Below, piece after piece: positions 22,466 to 30,500 of a DNA stretch of 64,000 bases. Source of the DNA: Burkholderiales bacterium. GTDB taxonomy: Bacteria; Pseudomonadota; Gammaproteobacteria; Burkholderiales; SG8-39. Position 1 is the stretch's first letter. Each line of letters begins with the position of its first letter. The position numbers and the translations under genes were made by a program. The stretch spans positions 655-64,654 of the forward strand of contig JAOAFL010000032.1 in assembly GCA_026416295.1 (NCBI GenBank). Reading direction: 5' to 3'. The notes beneath the pieces were generated by a model. The model saw nothing but the letters and a program-made list of their open reading frames with translations, was not told the DNA's origin and did not search any database.

Positions 22466-23188
22466 ATGAAAGGACTCAAAGGCAAGACGGCGATCGTCAC
22501 CGGCGGCTCGGCCGGCATCGGCGCGGCGATCGTGTCGCGTTTTCTCGAGGAAGGCACGCGCGTCGTCGTCTTCGACCTGAATCCGCCGCCGCATCGCGAC
22601 GCGGTGTTCCTGAAGACCGACATCACCGACTACGACGCGGTCGCGCGCTCGGTCGCCGAGGCGGGCCCGGTCGACATCCTCGTCAACAACGCCGGCTGGG
22701 ACCTGTTCCGGCCGTTCCTGCAGACCGACCCGGCGTTCTGGCAGAAGATCATCGCGATCAATCTGGTGGGCACGATGAACGTGCTGCACCGGGTGCTGCC
22801 GGGCATGGTCGAGCGCGGCGCGGGCAAGGTGGTGAACATCGCCTCCGACGCCGGCCGCGTCGGCTCCTCGGGCGAGGCGCCGTATTCGGCCTGCAAGGGC
22901 GGCATCATCGCGCTCACCAAGACGCTCGCGCGCGAACTCGCGACCAAGGGCGTGCGCCTCAACACCGTCTGCCCGGGACTGACCGAGACCCGGATGCTGG
23001 AGAGCTTCCTGCAGGGCGCGGGCAATCCGGAGAAGCTGCGCGAGGCGTACCGGCGCGCGATCCCGATCGGCCGGCTCGGGAAACCCGAGGACATCGCCGG
23101 CGCGGTGCTTTTCCTCTCTAGCGACGACGCCGAGTTCATTACCGGACAGACGATCAGCGTCTCCGGTGGCCTCACCATGCACGGTTGA
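22466..23188 (+). CDS. classical short-chain dehydrogenase/reductase (BadH/FabG-like)
   Basis: 240 aa with GGAGG upstream. Motifs TGGSAGIG, NNAG and YSACK are present. Confidence 0.85.
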   Translation: MKGLKGKTAIVTGGSAGIGAAIVSRFLEEGTRVVVFDLNPPPHRDAVFLKTDITDYDAVARSVAEAGPVDILVNNAGWDLFRPFLQTDPAFWQKIIAINLVGTMNVLHRVLPGMVERGAGKVVNIASDAGRVGSSGEAPYSACKGGIIALTKTLARELATKGVRLNTVCPGLTETRMLESFLQGAGNPEKLREAYRRAIPIGRLGKPEDIAGAVLFLSSDDAEFITGQTISVSGGLTMHG

Positions 23189-23206
23189 AAAGCCGCGCAC
23201 GCGGCT
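23187..23206 (-). terminator. short hairpin + T-run at the end of the minus-strand membrane-protein gene
   Basis: The minus strand reads AGCCGC-GTGC-GCGGCT followed by TTTTCAA. It lies between two convergent stop codons. Confidence 0.4.
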
Positions 23207-24267
23207 CAGCGGCGCGCGAGCGCGCGCGAGGCCATCGTGACAAGGAAGAGCGCGATCGCGGCGGCGTTTCCTGAGGCGCCCGCCGCGCGAAGGGGGGCGA
23301 ACGCGGCGAGGTCTCCCACGATGCGCAGCGCAACCGTCGCGTGTAGAAGCGCAAGCGGCGCGTAGAGGACCGGCGCGTAGGGGAGCGAGACGCGAAGGAG
23401 CGCCGGCGCGATGATCGGCGCGTGGCCGAAGACCATCGAGAACGCGAACCCGAGAAAGAACGCGTGCAGCGCCGCATCGTACGCCGGCCGCCCGGGCAGG
23501 AACTCGGCGGTGCCGAGGGCAATGAGCGCACCGGCCGCAAGCCAGGCGTAGCCCGCAAGGAGCGCCGAGGCGATGTAGCGGGCAAGCCCCTGCTCGCGCA
23601 CCGTGCGGCGGGCGACGTCGAATATTGCGAGCCACAGCGCGAGCGCGAGCATCGTCGTGCAAAGAGCCGGCCAGCCGACCGCCGGCGCGAACGCCGCGAC
23701 AAGGCTCGATGCGAAAAGCGCCGCCGCGATCGCCGCGAAAGCGAGGAGAGCAGTGCGCGAGCGAGGCAAAAGCCGCGAGAGTTCCAGCCGCTCGCCGGCG
23801 ATGGTGAGCGCGAGAAACCCGAGCCAAAGGGGCGTTGCCGATTGGGAATCGCCGCCTGCGACGAGGGCGGCACCTGCCGGCAGGCAGGCGGCGCCGAGTG
23901 CCAGGCAGGCATTCGGAAGCTCCGCATGGCGCCGCCACAGCTCGAGTGAGGCGGCAAGAAGCACGAGGCCACCCGCCGCGAGCAGCGCACCGCCCGCCGC
24001 CCGCCCGGCGCCGAGGATCCACGCGAGCGCGCCTGCGGCGGCGCCGAGCGGCGCAAGCCACACCCAGGCGCGCCCGAGCGCGACCGCGCGCTCGAGGCCG
24101 ATGACGGTACCGAAGAACGCGCCGCCCACGAGGGGCCCGTGAAGCGCGGCGAGTTCCGCCCGCGCGAGCGGCAGATCGAGCCCGGCGCGCGCAAGGCCCG
24201 CGGCGATGCCGAAGGCGAGGCTCGCAAAACCGCAGGCGAAAAGCGCGACCCGTGCGGCGCGCGCCAT
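23206..24267 (-). CDS. polytopic integral membrane protein, family not recognised
   Basis: 353 aa with about 10 hydrophobic helices and conserved-looking His motifs (LHGPLVGGAFFGTVIGLERA, FSMVFGHAPII). It starts 6 nt after the DUF59 gene stop. Confidence 0.7.
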   Translation of the reverse strand: MARAARVALFACGFASLAFGIAAGLARAGLDLPLARAELAALHGPLVGGAFFGTVIGLERAVALGRAWVWLAPLGAAAGALAWILGAGRAAGGALLAAGGLVLLAASLELWRRHAELPNACLALGAACLPAGAALVAGGDSQSATPLWLGFLALTIAGERLELSRLLPRSRTALLAFAAIAAALFASSLVAAFAPAVGWPALCTTMLALALWLAIFDVARRTVREQGLARYIASALLAGYAWLAAGALIALGTAEFLPGRPAYDAALHAFFLGFAFSMVFGHAPIIAPALLRVSLPYAPVLYAPLALLHATVALRIVGDLAAFAPLRAAGASGNAAAIALFLVTMASRALARR

Positions 24268-24273
24268 CGGCGG

Positions 24274-24600
24274 CTATCGGCGCCAGCCGAAGCGGGCGCG
24301 CGCCTGCGCCGACATGCGCTCAGGCGTCCACGGCGGCTCCCACACCCACGCCACCTCGACCTCGGCGATCTCGGGAAAGCGAGCGCGAAGCGCCGCTCGC
24401 ACCCCGTCGGCGAGCCAGTCGCCGAGCGGACAGGCGCGCGAGGTCATCGTCATGCGAACACGCACGCGCGCCGCACCGCCTTCGGCCGCGAGCGGCTCGA
24501 TGCCGTATACGAGGCCGAGGTCCACGATGTTGACGCCGACTTCGGGGTCGTTCACCTCCCGCAGCGCCTCGAGAAGCTGCGCTTCCCCGGGAATCACCAC
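24274..24600 (-). CDS. DUF59 / PaaD-like Fe-S assembly (MIP18 family) protein
   Basis: 108 aa from GTG 24600. LLEALREVNDPEVGVNIVDLGLVY..VRMTMTSRACP is typical of DUF59. The longer ORF up to 24696 adds only an Arg/Gly-rich extension. Confidence 0.65.
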   Translation of the reverse strand: MVIPGEAQLLEALREVNDPEVGVNIVDLGLVYGIEPLAAEGGAARVRVRMTMTSRACPLGDWLADGVRAALRARFPEIAEVEVAWVWEPPWTPERMSAQARARFGWRR

Positions 24601-24726
24601 CCCGCCGCACCCTCGATCCGAAACGCGGCGCCCGCCGCTGCGGCAATGTCCGCGCGTTTGTCCATGTCGTCTTCCGCCGGCCGGTTCGTGATGCAATTCA
24701 GCATACGCGTCCGACGGCCGGCGAGG

Positions 24727-24740
24727 TTGATCCGCCTCAA
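24727..24740. promoter_or_regulatory. FNR-like box TTGATCCGCCTCAA (one mismatch)
   Basis: 9 of 10 positions match. It lies in the divergent region between the DUF59 gene and the MaoC-Pta gene. Confidence 0.35.
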
Positions 24741-24764
24741 GCCGGACGCCGCCCCGAGGCCCTT

Positions 24765-24778
24765 TTGCGCTGGATCAA
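24765..24778. promoter_or_regulatory. FNR-like box TTGCGCTGGATCAA (two mismatches)
   Basis: 8 of 10 positions match. The centre is 44.5 nt upstream of ATG 24816. Confidence 0.35.
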
Positions 24779-24815
24779 ACCGCGCCTAGCCCTTTGCTGA
24801 GATTCTCGGCGCGGC

Positions 24816-26249
24816 ATGAACCAGACCGCGACGCGCCCGGCGGCCGAGCCCGGCCGCGAGTTCATCGAGAACCGCACCTTCGACGAGATCCGCGTCGGCG
24901 ATTCGGCGAGCCTGCAGAGGACGCTCGACCTCAAGGACATCCAGCTTTTCGCGATCATGTCGGGCGACGTCAATCCGGCGCACGTCGATCCGGAGTACGC
25001 CGCCTCCAGCCTCTTTCACGAGGTGATCGCGCACGGCATGTGGGGCGGGGCGCTCATCTCCACCGTGCTCGGCACGATCTATCCGGGCCCGGGCACGGTG
25101 TACATCGACCAGACGCTGCATTTCTCGCGTCCGGTGACGATCGGCGACACGATCACGGTCACGGTCACGGTGAAGGAAAAGTTCGAGCGCACGAAGCACG
25201 TCGTGTTCGATTGCGTATGCACGAACCAGGAAGGGCGCGTCGTCATCCGCGGCACCGCCGAAGTGCTCGCGCCCACCGAAAAGGTGCGCCGTCGCCGCGC
25301 GCGGCTGCCGGAGGTGCGCCTGCTCGATCCGGCGGCGGCGCGCTATCAGCACCTGATCGACCACGCGAAGGGGCGACCCGCGATCGCGATGGCGGTGGTG
25401 CATCCCTGCGACCGCGAGTCGCTCGGCGGGGCGCTGTCGGCGGCCGAAGCCGGACTCATCCGCCCGGTGCTCGTCGGCCCGCGCAAGAAAATCGAGGCAG
25501 TCGCCGCCGAACTCGGCGCCGACCTCGGCGCCTGCGAGCTGATCGACGCCGAGCACAGCCACGAGGCGGCGGCGAAAGCGGTCGAGCTGGCGCGCACCGG
25601 CCGGGTCGAGGCGCTGATGAAGGGAAGCCTGCACACCGATGAACTGATGGCCGAGGTGGTCGCGGCCGGCTCGGGACTTCGCACCGGCCGGCGCATCTCG
25701 CACGTGTTCTACATGGACGTGCCCTCCTACCCCAAGCCGCTGCTGATCACCGACGCGGCGGTGAACATCGAGCCGACGCTCGAAGACAAGGCCGACATCG
25801 TGCAGAACGCGATCGATCTCGCGCTCGCGCTCTCGATCAACGAGCCGAAGGTGGCGATCCTCGCGGCGGTCGAGACGGTCAACCCGCGCATGCGCGCGAC
25901 GGTCGAGGCGGCGGCGCTCTGCAAGATGGCCGAGCGCGGCCAGATCCGCGGCGGGCTGGTGGACGGGCCGCTCGCGCTCGACAACGCGGTCTCGATCGTC
26001 GCGGCCAAAACCAAGGGCATCGCCTCGCCGGTCGCGGGGCAGGCCGATATCCTGGTGGTGCCCGACCTCGAGTCGGGCAACATCGTCGCGAAGCAGCTCG
26101 AATACCTCGCCGATGCCGCAAGCGCCGGCATCGTCGTCGGCGCGCGCGTGCCGATCGTGCTCACGAGCCGCGCGGACCCCGCTGCGGCGCGCGTCGCCTC
26201 GTGCGCGATCGCCCTGCTTGTCGCCCGCAACCGCCGCGCGCGGCCGTGA
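24816..26249 (+). CDS. bifunctional MaoC-type enoyl-CoA hydratase / phosphate acyl(acetyl/butyryl)transferase
   Basis: 477 aa. The N-terminal hotdog MaoC segment (FAIMSGDVNPAHVD) is fused to a PTA_PTB domain (AVVHPCD..LMKGSLHTDE..GLVDGPLALDNA). Confidence 0.85.
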   Translation: MNQTATRPAAEPGREFIENRTFDEIRVGDSASLQRTLDLKDIQLFAIMSGDVNPAHVDPEYAASSLFHEVIAHGMWGGALISTVLGTIYPGPGTVYIDQTLHFSRPVTIGDTITVTVTVKEKFERTKHVVFDCVCTNQEGRVVIRGTAEVLAPTEKVRRRRARLPEVRLLDPAAARYQHLIDHAKGRPAIAMAVVHPCDRESLGGALSAAEAGLIRPVLVGPRKKIEAVAAELGADLGACELIDAEHSHEAAAKAVELARTGRVEALMKGSLHTDELMAEVVAAGSGLRTGRRISHVFYMDVPSYPKPLLITDAAVNIEPTLEDKADIVQNAIDLALALSINEPKVAILAAVETVNPRMRATVEAAALCKMAERGQIRGGLVDGPLALDNAVSIVAAKTKGIASPVAGQADILVVPDLESGNIVAKQLEYLADAASAGIVVGARVPIVLTSRADPAAARVASCAIALLVARNRRARP

Positions 26250-27349
26250 GCGCGGTCCTCGTCCTGAACGCCGGTTCCTCGACCCTCAAGTACGCGCTCT
26301 ATTCCGAGGACCTGCAGTGTCTCGTGCGCGGCCTGGAGGAGGGGGCCGACCACGCCCAGATGCTCGAGCGCGTGCTGCCGGCGCTGGAAGCGCACGACCT
26401 CGTCGCTGCCGGGCATCGCGTGGTGCACGGCGGCGATCTCTACGCCGGGCCGGTGCGCGTCACGCCCGAGGTGATCGAGCGGCTCGAGGCGCTCGCGCCG
26501 CTCGCGCCGCTGCACCAGCCGCACAACCTCGCCGCGATCCGCGCGCTCGCCGCGCACCGGCCGGGGCTTGCGCAGGTGGCCTGCTTCGACACCGCGTTTC
26601 ACCAGAGCGAGCCGGATCTCGCGCGGCGCTTCGCGCTGCCGGCGGCGCTGCACGAGGCGGGCGTCAAGCGCTACGGCTTTCACGGCCTGTCGTACGAATA
26701 CCTCGCGCACGCGATCGCCGCCGACCCGAGGCTCTCGGGAAAAGAGCGGGTGATCGCGGCGCACCTCGGCAACGGCTCGAGCCTGTGCGCGATGCGCGGC
26801 GGGCGCAGCGTCGCCTCGACGATGGGCTTTACCGCGCTCGACGGCCTGGTGATGGGCACGCGCTGCGGCGCGCTCGACCCCGGCGTGCTGCTCTACCTGA
26901 TGGACACGAGGGGCATGTCGAGCCGCGACATCGCGCGGCTGCTCTATCGCGAGTCCGGGCTGCTCGGGGTGTCGGGCCTCTCGCACGACATGCGGGTGCT
27001 GCTCGCCTCCGACGATCCGCGCGCCCGGCTGGCGGTGGACCTCTACTGCTATCGCGCCGCGCGCGAGATCGGCTCGCTCGCCGCCGCGCTCGGGGGTCTC
27101 GATCTGCTCGTCTTTACCGCCGGCATCGGCGAGCACGCCGCGCCGGTGCGCGCCGCGATCTGCGAGCGCTCGCGCTGGCTGGGGGTCGAGCTGGATCCCC
27201 AGCGCAACGCGCGCGGTGCGGGAATTCTCAGCCGCGACGGCAGCGCGGTCACGGTGGCGGTCGTGCCGACGAACGAGGAGGAGATGATCGCGCGCCATAC
27301 GCTCGCGCTCTGCGGCGCGGGGCGGAGCGTCAGCGGGCCGGGCGCCTGA
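26246..27349 (+). CDS. ackA: acetate (short-chain acyl) kinase
   Basis: 367 aa from GTG 26246 (GTGA overlap). Motifs seen: VLVLNAGSSTLKY, GHRVVHGG, FDTAFH, YGFHGLSYEY, AHLGNGSS, FTAGIGEH. Confidence 0.88.
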   Translation: MSAVLVLNAGSSTLKYALYSEDLQCLVRGLEEGADHAQMLERVLPALEAHDLVAAGHRVVHGGDLYAGPVRVTPEVIERLEALAPLAPLHQPHNLAAIRALAAHRPGLAQVACFDTAFHQSEPDLARRFALPAALHEAGVKRYGFHGLSYEYLAHAIAADPRLSGKERVIAAHLGNGSSLCAMRGGRSVASTMGFTALDGLVMGTRCGALDPGVLLYLMDTRGMSSRDIARLLYRESGLLGVSGLSHDMRVLLASDDPRARLAVDLYCYRAAREIGSLAAALGGLDLLVFTAGIGEHAAPVRAAICERSRWLGVELDPQRNARGAGILSRDGSAVTVAVVPTNEEEMIARHTLALCGAGRSVSGPGA

Positions 27350-27761
27350 GCGCCAGCTCGCGGCCGACCGCCTCGAGCAGGCGGTCGGCGAGCACCGGCG
27401 AGACGAGCAACGCGCAGTCGGGCGCCTCCTTCGCGAGCGCGTCGGCCTCGCCGCGCTCGCAAACGAGGATCACCGGCACCTCCGGCAGCGTGTCGTCGGC
27501 GCGCAGCGCGGCGGCGAACTCCGCGCCGCTCAACCAGGGAAGATCGGCCGAGGCGACGACGAGATCGGGGGGATCGCGAAGGATCCGGTAGCCGGCGGCG
27601 ATCGCGTCGTCGGCGCTGTCCACCTCGTAGTGCGCCGCGCGCAGGACCGGGCAGAGCGCCTCGCGCAGGGCGGCGTCGCCGGTAACGACGAGGATGCGCG
27701 CACGCGGCGGCCGCGGCGCGCCGCTCGGCCCCGCCGGGTCGATCGCCCGCAGCCCCTTCAC
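27330..27761 (-). CDS. degenerate (pseudo-)receiver domain protein
   Basis: 143 aa from GTG 27761, 3 nt after the phaC stop. It has a CheY-like fold pattern, but the acidic pocket, phospho-Asp, Thr/Ser and Lys positions read T/G, S, C and S in an ungapped alignment to CheY. Confidence 0.65.
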   Translation of the reverse strand: MKGLRAIDPAGPSGAPRPPRARILVVTGDAALREALCPVLRAAHYEVDSADDAIAAGYRILRDPPDLVVASADLPWLSGAEFAAALRADDTLPEVPVILVCERGEADALAKEAPDCALLVSPVLADRLLEAVGRELALRRPAR

Positions 27762-27764
27762 CGC

Positions 27765-29528
27765 CTACCGCTCGTGTACGTAGGTGCCGGGGGCGTCGGC
27801 GAGCTTCGGAAACTCGGCGGAGCAGACCGGCGGCGGCTCGCGCGGCTCGCCGCAGCGCTCGCCGAGCCACGCGATCCAGTCCTCCCACCAGCTGCCCGTG
27901 CGCGCTTCGGCCTTCTCCAGCCACGCGTCCGCCGTCTGGCCGCGGTGCGCGGCGCCGACGCGGTAGCGGCGCCGCGGCGGGTTCACCGGCGGGTTGACGA
28001 TGCCGAGGATGTGGCCCGAGGAGGTGAGCACGAAGCGCTTTGCGCCGGTGACGAAGCTGTTTACGCGGAACGTCTGGCGCCACGGCGTGATGTGGTCGTC
28101 TTCGGCCGAGACCTGGTAGAGCGGCGCGTGGATCGCAGCGAGGTCGATCGGCTCGCCGGCGATGACGAGCGAATTCGGCTTCACCAGGCGGTTTGCGAGG
28201 TAGAACTCGCGCAGATAGAACTCGTGCATGCGGTAGGGCATGCGCGTCGTGTCCATGTTCCAGAAAAGGACGTCGCTCGCCGGCGGCCGCTCGCCGTAGA
28301 GCCAGCCGTGCACCACGTAGTGCCAGAGGAGGGGATTCGCGCGCAGCAGCCGGAAGGTCGCCGCCATCTCGGCGCCGTCGAGATAGCCGCGCGCGCGCAT
28401 GCGATCGGCGAGCCAGTCGACGCTGCCCGCGTCGATGAACACCTCGAGGTCCCCCGGCGACTGGAAATCGACGAGCGTCGCAAGGAGCGTCCAGTGCGCG
28501 ACCGGCACCTGCTCGCGCGGCAGGCGGCGCGCGACCCACGCCATGTAGACCGCAAGCAGCGTGCCGCCGATGCAGTAGCCGACCGCGTGCACCCTGTCCG
28601 AGGCGGAAAGCGCGCGCGCGACGCGCCCCGCCTCGGCCGCGCCCTGCGCGACGTAGTCGTCGAAGCTCGTGTCGCGCATGTCGGCGCCCGGGTTCTTCCA
28701 GCTGGTCACGTACACGTCGAAGCCGTGCTCGAGCAGGTAGCGCACGAGGCTCTTCTCCGGGGTGAGGTCGAGCACGTAGAACTTGTTGATCCAGGGCGTC
28801 ACCAGCACGACCGGCACCGGGCGCACGCGCGCCGCGCGCGGCGCGTAGTGGATCAGCTCGAGCAGGCGATTGCGATACACGACGGCGCCGGGCGTCGTCG
28901 CGAGATCCCGGCCCACCTCGAATTCGTCGAGCGAGGTCATGCGCACCGTCCCCGCGCGCAGGTCCTCGAGGAAAATTTCCAAGCCCCGGCGCAGGCTCGC
29001 GCCGCCCGATTCGAGCGCCTTGCGCTGGGCGACCGGGTTGGTCGCGAGGAAATTGGTCGGCGCGACCGCGTTCAGCCACTGGCGCCACCAGAACGCGGCG
29101 CGGCGGCGCTCCTTCGGCGAAAGCCCCGGCGTCTGGAAAAGCCCGTCCTGCACGTGCCGGGTGTGAAAGAGATACCACTGCTTGAGAAGCGACCAGAACG
29201 GGTCCTTCGTCCACACCGGGTCGGCGAAGCGCGCATCGTCGGCCTGCGCGCGTACCGCATCGGGCACTTGGCGCCCGGCGAGCCGCGCCGCGCTGTGCAG
29301 CTGAAGCGCGATCCAGTCGGCGCTCCAGCGTCCCCACAGCTCCCACAGCTCCATCGGATGCAGCCACCATGCCCAGGCGGCGTGCAGGATCGGCGAAACG
29401 GTGCCGAGGGGATCGGCGATCGCCTCGATCGAGCGGCGGATCTCCTTCAGCCGCTCGGCCGGTGCGGCGAACGCCGCGCCGATGCCGGCGCCTTCCTCAG
29501 CGCTCGGCGGTGTCGGGCTCGTTTCCAC
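27765..29528 (-). CDS. phaC: class I poly(3-hydroxyalkanoate) synthase
   Basis: 587 aa. The lipase-box-like GYCIGG is present, along with the PhaC N-domain pattern (FADPVWTKDPFW..) and the C-terminal HILGIVNPP. The exact start (GTG 29528) is uncertain. Confidence 0.88.
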   Translation of the reverse strand: METSPTPPSAEEGAGIGAAFAAPAERLKEIRRSIEAIADPLGTVSPILHAAWAWWLHPMELWELWGRWSADWIALQLHSAARLAGRQVPDAVRAQADDARFADPVWTKDPFWSLLKQWYLFHTRHVQDGLFQTPGLSPKERRRAAFWWRQWLNAVAPTNFLATNPVAQRKALESGGASLRRGLEIFLEDLRAGTVRMTSLDEFEVGRDLATTPGAVVYRNRLLELIHYAPRAARVRPVPVVLVTPWINKFYVLDLTPEKSLVRYLLEHGFDVYVTSWKNPGADMRDTSFDDYVAQGAAEAGRVARALSASDRVHAVGYCIGGTLLAVYMAWVARRLPREQVPVAHWTLLATLVDFQSPGDLEVFIDAGSVDWLADRMRARGYLDGAEMAATFRLLRANPLLWHYVVHGWLYGERPPASDVLFWNMDTTRMPYRMHEFYLREFYLANRLVKPNSLVIAGEPIDLAAIHAPLYQVSAEDDHITPWRQTFRVNSFVTGAKRFVLTSSGHILGIVNPPVNPPRRRYRVGAAHRGQTADAWLEKAEARTGSWWEDWIAWLGERCGEPREPPPVCSAEFPKLADAPGTYVHER

Positions 29529-29563
29529 GAGCCGCGATTTTCCGACGGACGGGCGAAGGTCGA

Positions 29564-29577
29564 TTGACGCACGTCAA
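29564..29577. promoter_or_regulatory. Crp/Fnr-type palindrome TTGACGCACGTCAA
   Basis: It is a perfect TTGAC-N4-GTCAA inverted repeat. The centre is 42.5 nt from the phaC GTG at 29528. Confidence 0.6.
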
Positions 29578-29604
29578 ACGCGACGGCGGCCGGCTGCAGC
29601 GCGC

Positions 29605-29618
29605 TTGACCGGCGTCAA
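29605..29618. promoter_or_regulatory. Crp/Fnr-type palindrome TTGACCGGCGTCAA
   Basis: This is a second perfect TTGAC-N4-GTCAA repeat. Its centre lies 41 bp from the first and 95.5 nt upstream of ATG 29707. Confidence 0.6.
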
Positions 29619-29706
29619 AGTGCGCGCCCGCAAGCGGCGCAGAATGCGCTTGGCGTCGCCGCACGGCATCGGGCCGCGCGACGCGCGGCTCGCGGGAGGA
29701 TGCACG

Positions 29707-30207
29707 ATGCGCCATTCGATCGATGTCGCCGGTCAGGTGAGCCCGGAGCTTTCGGCGCTGATCGAGCGCATGCTCGTCGATCCGGACGTCGATGAGCCGG
29801 TGACGCTCGGGCGGGTGCGGCGTCGGCTGGCCGAGACGCTACCGGCCGAAACCGAAGAGCTCGAGACGCGGCATCCGGGGACCGAGCGCGAGCATGCGCT
29901 GCTCGAGGAGCTCGACGCGCTCATCGAAAAGTACACCGACGAAGCGCCGGCGATCGATTTCGTTTCGGCTGCGGCGAGCGAACCGCTCTCGCGGGTGATC
30001 GAGGCGGTGATGAACGATCCGAACCGGCCGCCGCGGCCGACGCTCGCGCGGGTGCGCGAGGCGCTCGCAGCGGGGCTCGCCGCGCGCCTGGTGGGCGAGG
30101 GTGCGCTGGAGGAGGACGAGGTGGACCCGCTTCTCGCCGAGGTCGATTCGCTGATCGAGCGCTTCGGCGCCGACGCGCTCGCGGAGAATTTCCTCCGCTA
30201 CGAATGA
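29707..30207 (+). CDS. acidic hypothetical protein built from two ~70-aa repeats
   Basis: 166 aa. The two halves align: LSALIERMLVDPD..TLGRVRRRLA..LLEELDALIEKY against LSRVIEAVMNDPN..TLARVREALA..LLAEVDSLIERF. No known family was recognised. Confidence 0.55.
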   Translation: MRHSIDVAGQVSPELSALIERMLVDPDVDEPVTLGRVRRRLAETLPAETEELETRHPGTEREHALLEELDALIEKYTDEAPAIDFVSAAASEPLSRVIEAVMNDPNRPPRPTLARVREALAAGLAARLVGEGALEEDEVDPLLAEVDSLIERFGADALAENFLRYE

Positions 30208-30240
30208 CGCGGGCGCCGCGCGCGCTCTGCGCGCCGCCCG

Positions 30241-30486
30241 TCAGCCGTGCAGCGCGCGGTATTTGGCCTGCAGTTCCTCGGGCGACTCGCGAAAGTCCGG
30301 GTTCGGCACGATGCAGTCGGCCGGACACACGAGTTTGCACTGCGGCTCGTCGTGCGCGCCGACGCATTCGGTGCACTTGAGGGGATCGATGACGTAGATC
30401 GGGTCGCCTTTCGCGATCGCCTCGTTCGGGCAGACCGGCACGCACGCGTCGCACGCGGTGCAGGCGTCGTCGATCATGAGCGCCAT
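30241..30486 (-). CDS. fdx: 2[4Fe-4S] ferredoxin (electron donor of benzoyl-CoA reductase)
   Basis: 81 aa with two Cys groups, CTACDACVPVCP and CTECVG..QCKLVCP. It lies directly downstream of bcrD, as in Thauera aromatica. Confidence 0.85.
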   Translation of the reverse strand: MALMIDDACTACDACVPVCPNEAIAKGDPIYVIDPLKCTECVGAHDEPQCKLVCPADCIVPNPDFRESPEELQAKYRALHG

Positions 30487-30500
30487 GGCGGGTTTCCTCT

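Noticed and set aside
20227-22626. 799-aa minus-strand ORF
   Set aside because: It is antisense to paaK and the double GNAT gene. It has no domain signatures and an extreme Arg/Ala/Glu content.
22466-23188. SDR considered as the missing 6-hydroxycyclohexenecarbonyl-CoA dehydrogenase (Had)
   Set aside because: As I recall, Had is a medium-chain Zn-dependent alcohol dehydrogenase-family enzyme. This is a classical 240-aa SDR (TGxxxGIG, YxxxK), and it lies 7 kb from the bcr cluster.
24601-24696. N-terminal extension of the DUF59 ORF (start at 24696)
   Set aside because: The extension (MHHEPAGGRRHGQTRGHCRSGGRRVSDRGCGG) is Arg/Gly-rich and unlike DUF59 proteins, so the internal GTG 24600 is preferred.
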